This document shows positions 9,094-16,264 of a stretch of DNA of 32,000 nucleotides, piece after piece; the stretch's first letter is position 1, and each line of letters opens with the position of its first letter. A program made the position numbers and the translations under genes. Source of the stretch: Propionibacteriaceae bacterium (GTDB lineage Bacteria; Actinomycetota; Actinomycetes; Propionibacteriales; Propionibacteriaceae); the NCBI GenBank assembly GCA_031256725.1, contig JAIRQE010000021.1, positions 150,001-182,000 of the forward strand. The letters run 5' to 3'. Under the pieces are notes generated by a model that ran no database searches, was not told the origin of the DNA, and saw only the letters and a list, made by a program, of their open reading frames with translations.

Positions 9094-9222
9094 AGTACTA
9101 ACTGTGCCATGAATATGATGGGAGTGGTACTTTATAGCCTCCTAGTGTCCAATTCAGACATGCGCTCCATGGCCCGCACCTCGCGGTAAACTGAGGGATC
9201 AGCAGGGCTGAGGGAGATGAAC

Positions 9223-10557
9223 ATGGGTATTTCTACCATGCCGGAACCGGCATACCTCATGACCATGGGCGACGGGACAATCAAACAAATCAACCCGTCA
9301 ACGGGTACACGGGTATGGACTGTTGCCGGTCGCAACGATCGTCCGCGCATCCACGAGGCCAGCAATGCTGGCCCGGTCTCCGATACGGACTGGACCCACG
9401 GTTGCACCTTCTGTTCTGCTCGCTATATGGAAACCCCGCCCGAGAAGTTCCGCATGGTACGAGAAGGTGGTGACTGGCGTCTGGTTGAACGGCTCATGGC
9501 TGAGCAACTCTTTGATTCGGTCGCCGAGTTCAGGGTTGTACCCAACCTTTTCGAGATCGTCTCCTACGCCTACTGGCATGAGAACTATGGATACGAACTC
9601 TCCAGCGAAAATGCGCTCTACAAGCAGGAATACCTGTCCACGAATCAGGGGCGCCGTCATGTCATGGCTGTACAAGCAGCCAAGATGCGTCTGGCTGGGA
9701 AGAGTGCTGAGGTGATCGCACAGATGGATCAGCAGGCGATCATTGACGCAGCTGACTCCTTCTTCGGTGGTGGGCATGATGTTGTTATTGCACGGCGTCA
9801 CTGGGTGGATGGGGCGCGTACGACCACTAACCTTGCCTCCGCTGGTACCCTCACCCCTGACGAGCATGAGCAGTACATCCGTCTCACCTTGCACACCATG
9901 CGTAACCTCTATGAGGTCAATCGCTATGCTCGCTATGTCGCCTGTTTCCAGAACTGGCTTAAGCCTGCTGGTGCCAGTTTCGATCATCTTCACAAGCAGT
10001 TGGTCGCCATTGATGAGCATGGTGCCAACGCAGATCAGGTCGTGTCTCGCATCCGCGAAAACCAGAATTTCTTCAACGAGTGTGGTGTGAATTACGCGAA
10101 CTATCATAATCTGCTCATCGCTGAGACTGATTCCTCGCTCGCCTTCGCTGGCTTCGGGCATAGGTACCCGACCATAGAGATCTACTCGAAGTCCCCACGG
10201 GTCTATCCCTGGGAACACACCGAGGATGAGGTACGAGACATGTCGAATATCATCCAAGCGCTCCATGCGGCGACCGGCCCTGAGGTCCCCTGCAATGAAG
10301 AGTGGCATCACGTCCCCCCAGATGTTGATGTACCCATGCCCTGGCGCATCAACATCAAATGGCGGATCTCCACGGTTGCCGGTTTTGAAGGCGACACCAA
10401 GATCTACATCAATACGATGTCCCCCCAACAGATCCGCAACACGGTCACCACACGTCTCCTAGAACTCCGCAAAGAGGGTATGATCGACGACATCCGAATC
10501 GGTGATGAGTGCTCTGGAGCCCCGAACCCATTGAAGTACAACCCCTCCCTGTGGTGA
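9223..10557 (+). CDS. GalT/HIT-superfamily nucleotidyltransferase- or phosphorylase-like protein (DUF4921-like)
   Basis: 444 aa from ATG 9223 (SD GAGGGAG 6 nt upstream; the track start 9217 is possible). It has an N-terminal Cys motif HGCTFCSARY and the histidine triad-like motif FDHLHKQLVAID (HxHxQ, as in GalT and ADP-glucose phosphorylase). Confidence 0.7.
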   Translation: MGISTMPEPAYLMTMGDGTIKQINPSTGTRVWTVAGRNDRPRIHEASNAGPVSDTDWTHGCTFCSARYMETPPEKFRMVREGGDWRLVERLMAEQLFDSVAEFRVVPNLFEIVSYAYWHENYGYELSSENALYKQEYLSTNQGRRHVMAVQAAKMRLAGKSAEVIAQMDQQAIIDAADSFFGGGHDVVIARRHWVDGARTTTNLASAGTLTPDEHEQYIRLTLHTMRNLYEVNRYARYVACFQNWLKPAGASFDHLHKQLVAIDEHGANADQVVSRIRENQNFFNECGVNYANYHNLLIAETDSSLAFAGFGHRYPTIEIYSKSPRVYPWEHTEDEVRDMSNIIQALHAATGPEVPCNEEWHHVPPDVDVPMPWRINIKWRISTVAGFEGDTKIYINTMSPQQIRNTVTTRLLELRKEGMIDDIRIGDECSGAPNPLKYNPSLW

Positions 10558-10684
10558 GTGCGAGTGTGACAGTGGGGCCGGTTCGTTTTTGACACGTTTT
10601 CGTGACAAGGGGACAGGTCTTAAATCGGGGCACTTCGCCCTTGTGGATCCTGATTCGGGCTCGAATGGCTAGGGGCGCGAGGGT

Positions 10685-11191
10685 TTATACATCTTCAGCG
10701 ACGACATCCTCTTGGTCGACTTGGGTACGGGCTTTGCGCTTGCGCTTACGTACGATGAGAACCACGATGATACCGGCGACTAGGAGTATGACCAGAGCGG
10801 CAAGCCACCATGACTTTTGGGCAAGGGTCACAATCCCTATGAAGGCCGCCAAGCCGCCCGCAGCGTACATGACTCCCCACAGGATCCATCCTGGGACCGC
10901 GGACAAGGTGTAGGGAAGCCAGCGCCATCCGATTAGCCCGGCTGTCAGTTGTACCGCTGTCTGGAATCCCACGGTCAGGAAACTCAAAGGAATCAGGGGC
11001 CAACCCCATTTCTCCAATTGGTTGACAGCCTTACGTTCCTTGTCAGAAGCCAGTTTCTGAGCCCAGGCAGCCCGTACCAAACCAGCTCGAATTCCTCGCC
11101 CAAGTAGATAGGTCAATTGGGAGCGAAATCCCGCCACAGCCGTCAGGAAAAGCGCAACCACAATAAAAGGCTGGCTTTCTATCCATTCCAT
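10685..11191 (-). CDS. DedA/VTT-domain-like membrane protein
   Basis: About 168 aa with four predicted TM segments. The segment KWGWPLIPLSFLTVGFQTAVQLTAGLIGWRWLPY resembles the VTT/SNARE-associated core. The C-terminal tail is basic then acidic. The start is ATG 11191 or GTG 11194. Confidence 0.6.
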   Translation of the reverse strand: MEWIESQPFIVVALFLTAVAGFRSQLTYLLGRGIRAGLVRAAWAQKLASDKERKAVNQLEKWGWPLIPLSFLTVGFQTAVQLTAGLIGWRWLPYTLSAVPGWILWGVMYAAGGLAAFIGIVTLAQKSWWLAALVILLVAGIIVVLIVRKRKRKARTQVDQEDVVAEDV

Positions 11192-11295
11192 CACCCCCTG
11201 ATTCTACGAGAGAACCCCCCACAATCCGAGCAGGAAGGAGTATTTCGTGAGAACCGGGGTGACCGGGTATAGTTATTCCGGTTACTTTGTAACAC

Positions 11296-11368
11296 GCCAC
11301 CTTAGCTCAGTCGGTAGAGCGGCTCACTCGTAATGAGCAGGTCTGCGGTTCGATTCCGCAAGGTGGCT
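11296..11368 (+). tRNA. tRNA-Thr (anticodon CGT)
   Basis: Hand-folded cloverleaf. Acceptor stem GCCACCT/AGGTGGC, D stem GCTC/GAGC, anticodon stem GCTCA/TGAGC with loop CTCGTAA, T stem TGCGG/CCGCA with loop TTCGATT. CCA is not encoded. Confidence 0.93.
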
Positions 11369-11773
11369 CTCATTGATTGGATCAAAGATGGCCCATGTAC
11401 CTGTGTCTCGGAAGTGTTGAGCAGATAGGCAAAAGAAACAGTCGTCTTCCGCAAAGCGTTTGAGGATTGTTGACGCTGCTGCGATCCTCTCAGTGGTGTG
11501 GGCATCACTGAGATCTTTTACTGTTGGGGGTTGATCGTGGTCAACACCTGGATGGTCAAGATCGCAACCTTGCCAGGTCGTGATGGTCTTCTCCGCAAAA
11601 TCTACCTCGCACTCCCTCCATGAAAGGCACAACCATCCAGTCAGGTGATAATCAAGGATCCCGTAGACTAAGAAGCAGGTTAAAGTCACCACAATGTGCG
11701 TCGAGGTAGAATTGCTGAGTCTCACTGGGGGCCAGAAGAAGAGGTGCGGGAGTGCGGACATGCGTCGTCTCAT
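11324..11773 (-). CDS. Hypothetical small membrane-anchored Cys-rich protein (doubtful)
   Basis: This 149-aa ORF is the only long ORF in the 530-bp tRNA-murE gap. It has one hydrophobic segment (IVVTLTCFLVYGILDYHLTGWLCL) and then a Cys/His-containing region. Its last 45 nt run antisense through the tRNA-Thr gene. I recognise no family. Confidence 0.3.
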   Translation of the reverse strand: MRRRMSALPHLFFWPPVRLSNSTSTHIVVTLTCFLVYGILDYHLTGWLCLSWRECEVDFAEKTITTWQGCDLDHPGVDHDQPPTVKDLSDAHTTERIAAASTILKRFAEDDCFFCLSAQHFRDTGTWAIFDPINESHLAESNRRPAHYE

Positions 11774-11950
11774 ATCTTTTTATAGGCGGGAATACGGACT
11801 TTGTGGTGAGAAGCATTAGTGTACGAAGAGCATAAGCAACTGGGGAACAGTGGATACGGACGTGGAAGGTATAATCATTGATCGCGGCACAGGTAGTTGA
11901 TACTTCTCATCCAGGGTACAGAACAGTTGTCGCTGAAAGAGAGGAATGCG

Positions 11951-13420
11951 ATGATGCTACTCAGTGACTTGATGGAATCCCAGGCCATTAAAGTTTTGGC
12001 TGGGGATGCTGCCGCGTCGGTCGAGGGCATCGCCTACGATTCGCGTCAAGTCAAGTCGGGAGATGTTTTCGTCGCCCTTGCAAGCAAGAGCAACAACGGG
12101 CATGGCTACATCCAGGATGCATATTCTCGCGGTGCTCGGGTCTTCGTGGTTGAGCATTGGCCTGATCTTGATCTGGGAGAAGTCACGGTCATTGCCGTCC
12201 CTGATACTCGTCTTGCCCTGGCTCTGATGAGTCAGCGCTTCTTCGATTTCCCGGACCGCAAGCTCACTGTTGTTGCTTTGACGGGTACGAAAGGCAAAAC
12301 GACCATCTCCTTCATGGTGAAGGCGATCTGTGAAGCCGCAGGGAAAAGAGTGGGGTTGATCGGCTCCAATGGCGTTTTCTATGGGGAAACCTATTTCAAA
12401 CTACCCAATACCACCCCGGAATCCTTTGAATTGAACCGAATCATGGCCGACATGGTGGAAGCGGGCGTGGAAATCCTCGTCGTGGAGGCGACCAGTCAAG
12501 GATTCATGATGAGGCGTACGGACGGGATTAGATTCGACATCGGTGTATACACAAACATTGCACCTGATCATATTTCCGCAACGGAGCATGACAGTTTCGA
12601 AGAATACTTCAACTGCAAGAAACGGATCTTCGCCCAGTCCGAGGTGTGTCTGGTCGATTTCGATACCTTCTTCACTCAGATCATGGAGGATGTCTCCTGT
12701 CCGATCCTCACCTACGGGTTCTCCACTGAGGCCGATTATCAGGCAACCAATGTTCACCCCTCCCAGGATGATTCAGTATTGGGTACGCATTTCGTCTGCC
12801 GTACCCCGCAGTTCACGCAGGAATTCTGCATCCACATTCCTGGCCACTTTAATGTTTCTAATGCGATGGCTGCAATCGGGATTGCCGTCCAACTCGGATT
12901 GGATCCTGGCTCCATCGCCAGTGGTCTCTTGGCCACCCGTGTGCCAGGGAGGGTCGAACTCGTCGACGTGCCCGCCCCGTACACTGTTTTGATTGACTTT
13001 GCCCATAATGGCTTGTCACTGGAGGCTTTGATTGATGCTGTTAAGGCCTATCATCCCCGTAGGGTACTGAGTGTTTTCGGCCTTGAGGGTAATCGGGCCC
13101 ATATCAGACGTACCGATTGCGGCAAGATCTTGGGCGCCGAGGTTGACTATACGATCTTGGCTGATGCAAGTCCTCGGTTCGATGATCCTGATCAGATTCT
13201 GACTGACATCGCTTCTGGTATTGAGCAAGGCGGCGGGCAGGGGAGGTACGAGATCATCCGTGATCGTCGTACTGCAATCCCAGCTCTACTGTCCATGGCC
13301 GAGGAGGGTGACGTTGTTCTTTTGATTGGAAAGGGTTCCGTCCTCTACGAAGAAGTCCAGGGCGTTAACCACCCCATCGACGAACGAGATATAGTTAAGG
13401 AATACTTCGCGCGAGCCTAG
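11951..13420 (+). CDS. murE: Mur ligase family protein, MurE-like (UDP-MurNAc-L-Ala-D-Glu:diamino acid ligase type)
   Basis: 489 aa from ATG 11951 (SD AAGAGAGG; the track TTG 11897 is less likely). The N-terminal MurE-type domain reads IAYDSRQVKSGDVFVAL. The P-loop is TGTKGKTT and a DHISATEH segment is present. The position of the DNPR motif reads ADASPR. Whether this is the housekeeping murE or a paralogue cannot be told from the window. Confidence 0.8.
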   Translation: MMLLSDLMESQAIKVLAGDAAASVEGIAYDSRQVKSGDVFVALASKSNNGHGYIQDAYSRGARVFVVEHWPDLDLGEVTVIAVPDTRLALALMSQRFFDFPDRKLTVVALTGTKGKTTISFMVKAICEAAGKRVGLIGSNGVFYGETYFKLPNTTPESFELNRIMADMVEAGVEILVVEATSQGFMMRRTDGIRFDIGVYTNIAPDHISATEHDSFEEYFNCKKRIFAQSEVCLVDFDTFFTQIMEDVSCPILTYGFSTEADYQATNVHPSQDDSVLGTHFVCRTPQFTQEFCIHIPGHFNVSNAMAAIGIAVQLGLDPGSIASGLLATRVPGRVELVDVPAPYTVLIDFAHNGLSLEALIDAVKAYHPRRVLSVFGLEGNRAHIRRTDCGKILGAEVDYTILADASPRFDDPDQILTDIASGIEQGGGQGRYEIIRDRRTAIPALLSMAEEGDVVLLIGKGSVLYEEVQGVNHPIDERDIVKEYFARA

Positions 13421-13666
13421 TGGATACCTGGGATTTCTGATCTCGAAAAGTGAAGAATCCACCAAGGTCATCTTCAGTGATATATCAGGCCAGTACCTCA
13501 CAAATGATCAGTGCATCAGCGAAGGATACAGGTTGCAATGGAGAGGCTTCATAGTTTTGATCTCACCTCCTATCAACCAGCCGCAGGGTCCTATTATGAG
13601 GGTGATTATTCAGCTACCATTTATTACTCCTTGATCTAGGGCTCCTCTGGTACCGCCCCAGATGAC

Positions 13667-14479
13667 CTAAAGACGAAACTCGTGGATCCTTACTGAAACG
13701 GTCACCTCAGTAGGTTGTACGGCAGGAAGATCTTCACACGAAAGATGAAAAGCACTAGGGCCCATGGCCACCACTGACGTGATTTCTTCGGAGCTGAGTA
13801 CCACCTTATAGTCGAGTTCTGTACTGGCTTTATGATGAAAAGTCGAGAACTGTTCAAAGAGCCTGGCTTCCTTGTCGGGTTCGATTCCTAGCATGGGTAC
13901 GACAGTTCGCAGCTCTGCAAGATGATGTTTCCCTGGGGTAACAACCACACAGGTACCATCCGGGTTAAGTATTCTAGCAATCTCCTCCGGATTGCGTGGG
14001 GCGAAAATCACCAAGGCCAGATCTACGCTTGAGTCGCTGAGGGGGATTGATGACCAGAGGTCCGCTGTACCCACAACCAACCGTGAATGAACCTTTGCGG
14101 CAATCTTTGCCGCAAAGGGGGAAGCATCCACAAGGACACCATCAAGGGTGGGAAAGCGGTCCAGGATATATCTCGAATACCACCCCGTACCTCCACCAAG
14201 ATCAGCTATTAAAGCAGAATCCCTGTTGTTAAGCACCAGGGATGTGATGGAGACTAGAGCCTCGGTAATGGGTTCGTAGACTCCTTGGGAGAGGAACCAG
14301 TGGCGTGCTTGAACCATCTCGCGAGTGTCAGATTTGGGGCTCGAGCCGGTCATCAAGGAGACGTACCCTTGACGAGCAATGTCGAAACTGTGACCCGACT
14401 CGCATTTCAAACTCTGGGTGACAAGTGTAAATTGTCCTGAACACACAGGGCAGATGAACACTGAGTCAAGCGAAACCAT
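13667..14479 (-). CDS. rlmA: 23S rRNA (guanine-N1)-methyltransferase, RlmA family
   Basis: 270 aa. The N-terminal Zn-finger CPVCSGQF...LKCESGHSFDIARQGYVSLM parallels E. coli RlmA (CPLCHQPL...ICPQRHQFDMAKEGYVNLL). It has the SAM motif DLGGGTGWY and the conserved MVQARHWFL. Confidence 0.88.
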   Translation of the reverse strand: MVSLDSVFICPVCSGQFTLVTQSLKCESGHSFDIARQGYVSLMTGSSPKSDTREMVQARHWFLSQGVYEPITEALVSITSLVLNNRDSALIADLGGGTGWYSRYILDRFPTLDGVLVDASPFAAKIAAKVHSRLVVGTADLWSSIPLSDSSVDLALVIFAPRNPEEIARILNPDGTCVVVTPGKHHLAELRTVVPMLGIEPDKEARLFEQFSTFHHKASTELDYKVVLSSEEITSVVAMGPSAFHLSCEDLPAVQPTEVTVSVRIHEFRL

Positions 14480-14485
14480 CCTTCA

Positions 14486-14542
14486 TTTTACACAGCATAA
14501 GACCCCCGGTCGTGGGGAACGGGGGTCTTATGCTGTGTAAAA
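14486..14542 (-). terminator. Perfect 23-bp stem hairpin (11-nt loop) between the HTH gene and rlmA; probable intrinsic terminator or attenuator
   Basis: ttttacacagcataagacccccg (14486-14508) pairs with cgggggtcttatgctgtgtaaaa (14520-14542). It starts 3 nt after the HTH stop codon and ends 7 nt before the rlmA ATG. There is no 3-prime U-run beyond the A/U base of the stem. Confidence 0.55.
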
Positions 14543-14545
14543 ATA

Positions 14546-14800
14546 TTACGCGGTGACGCGCAGATACTTCTGACGGGCACCCTGAGGGGAAACGCCGAGG
14601 CCAGCAGCAATGGCAACCCAAGAGTAGCCTTCTGAACGGGCCTTGATGACGGCGTTGTCGAGCTCATGTTGAGCCAAAGTAGCCGATTTCTTGAGTTTCT
14701 GGATATTTTGCAATACGAACGATGTCTTGAGAGCCTCTTTACCGCGAATGCGATTCTTTTCACTGGCAGTCAACACAACCTTTTCGTCGGTTTTTTCCAC
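14546..14800 (-). CDS. Small helix-turn-helix protein (sigma-70 region 4-like C-terminus)
   Basis: 84 aa. The C-terminal ARSEGYSWVAIAAGLGVSPQGARQKYLR is a typical HTH found in small actinobacterial proteins. Its function is unknown. Confidence 0.65.
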   Translation of the reverse strand: MEKTDEKVVLTASEKNRIRGKEALKTSFVLQNIQKLKKSATLAQHELDNAVIKARSEGYSWVAIAAGLGVSPQGARQKYLRVTA

Positions 14801-14989
14801 AATATTCTCCGTGTTCTACTAGTTGGCCAGAGCACGAGTGGGGTTGCTTGGCCTTCGTGGACAGCGTATATCCAACACTTCCTGTTACCCAGCTTAGACT
14901 AGAATCAAAGGAAGAGGAAGATTCTTTTTTGATCTGTAAAGATCATTTTCTCTCACCCCCAATCGAAGAAGAGTTTTGAGGATTATCCC

Positions 14990-16264
14990 TTGACACATTC
15001 GTTAACGAAACCTGTGAACCTTGTTCATCAACGACCTACTCCAAGATGGGTAGGTTGGATAGTGATAGCCCTACCTATGCTAGCACTATTGGGTACATGG
15101 CTCCTGGGTTCTCACCAAGTTTTTCCAATAGTGACTGTGTCATTATTAAGCATTGCTTTTTGGGATTGGTGTAGTTCTTTTGACAAATCAAGAACTATGG
15201 TATCTCTATTAGGATTATCTCTCGGATTGATAGTAAGTTCCCTTGTGGCAACGAGTATTGACCGAAATTTTGGCGGGTCTTTTTTCGACCAGTCGACAGC
15301 AATGGTGTCCTGGATGGCCCTGTCGTTAGCACTCGTTCAACTCTACAGATCACAGGAAACAGTACGAACAATCATCCGCGGATGGATGTACGCGATTACG
15401 ATCATTACCACGGTCGTCACCTATCAATGGTCCACTCGTACTATGGTTGCACTCACGGGTCCATTTCCAAGTCCAGCCTATCTCGCAGGTGCTATGGTCC
15501 TGGGAGTCTTTCTGATGCCCATCGGGTTTGCCCTGGAAGAGGATCGGCGACTCAAGTGGGCATACCCTGTGATCGCAGTCATGGCGACCTGGGTCGTCTG
15601 GACTACACATCGATCGGTTGCCTTTGCCTGGTGTCTGATCGTACTCATCATCTGGTTGGCCCTCTACCATCGGATACTTGTCATCTTCCTCGTGGTCATT
15701 GGTACAACCACTGCCATCATCCTGCACCAAAGAATCCCCTTAAGATGGGCTGATGTGGGCATGGAACCCCCACTGAACAGCAGCCTCCACTTCGCTTTGA
15801 TGGATGCCGCCTGGAGAATCCTCCAGGATTCCCATTTCCTTGGTACAGGCCCTGGCGGGCTCTCAGCCAAATGGCCCACAAAGTTCAAGGACTACCAAGG
15901 TCCGTACTCAGCATTCCTGGAGGTCGCAAGCCAATACGGCATGGCTTTTACAGTAGTACTGATCTGCTCACTCATCGCTGTGGTGTTGTGGTGCATCATC
16001 CGGTTGCGAAACACTCACAACCAACCGCTGCATAGCCCATTCAGAGCCCCAGCGCTCTGGGTACTACTCATGATCCTCAGCTTGCCATGGACCTCATCTA
16101 TTCAGGCGCAATGGCTGAATATGCCCTTGTCAGCCTTAGCGGCAGCGACCTTGGCCATGCTTGCTCGCCATATCGAATCACCACGAGGACGGGCCCTGAT
16201 ATGGCCTGTTTCACCCAGCCCAGGCCCCAACGTAGTACCGGTGAGCCCACCAGATCATTGTTGA
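14990..16264 (+). CDS. O-antigen ligase/polymerase-like (Wzy_C-type) polytopic membrane protein
   Basis: 424 aa from a TTG start, with about 10-12 TM segments. It has a loop with WTTHRS and the segment LQDSHFLGTGPGGL...YSAFLEVASQYGMAF, which resembles the Wzy_C core (GxGxG ... HNxxLxxxxExG, with the His not conserved). Confidence 0.7.
   Translation: MTHSLTKPVNLVHQRPTPRWVGWIVIALPMLALLGTWLLGSHQVFPIVTVSLLSIAFWDWCSSFDKSRTMVSLLGLSLGLIVSSLVATSIDRNFGGSFFDQSTAMVSWMALSLALVQLYRSQETVRTIIRGWMYAITIITTVVTYQWSTRTMVALTGPFPSPAYLAGAMVLGVFLMPIGFALEEDRRLKWAYPVIAVMATWVVWTTHRSVAFAWCLIVLIIWLALYHRILVIFLVVIGTTTAIILHQRIPLRWADVGMEPPLNSSLHFALMDAAWRILQDSHFLGTGPGGLSAKWPTKFKDYQGPYSAFLEVASQYGMAFTVVLICSLIAVVLWCIIRLRNTHNQPLHSPFRAPALWVLLMILSLPWTSSIQAQWLNMPLSALAAATLAMLARHIESPRGRALIWPVSPSPGPNVVPVSPPDHC

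Noticed and set aside
9298-10428. 376-aa minus-strand ORF opposite the GalT-like gene
   Set aside because: It is a shadow ORF antisense to a gene with clear family motifs. It has no recognisable motifs of its own. Long antisense ORFs are common at this GC content.
11302-11508. 68-aa minus-strand ORF overlapping tRNA-Thr
   Set aside because: It lies antisense to the tRNA and out of frame with the larger doubtful ORF. Its translation is low-complexity, so I treat it as noise.
13877-13887. 11-mer ggttcgattcc identical to the T-arm of tRNA-Thr (11347-11357), considered as a possible attR marking an island from 11.3 to 13.9 kb
   Set aside because: It lies inside the intact rlmA coding sequence and the match does not extend beyond 11 nt. 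No integrase or other mobile genes lie between the two copies, so it is probably chance.
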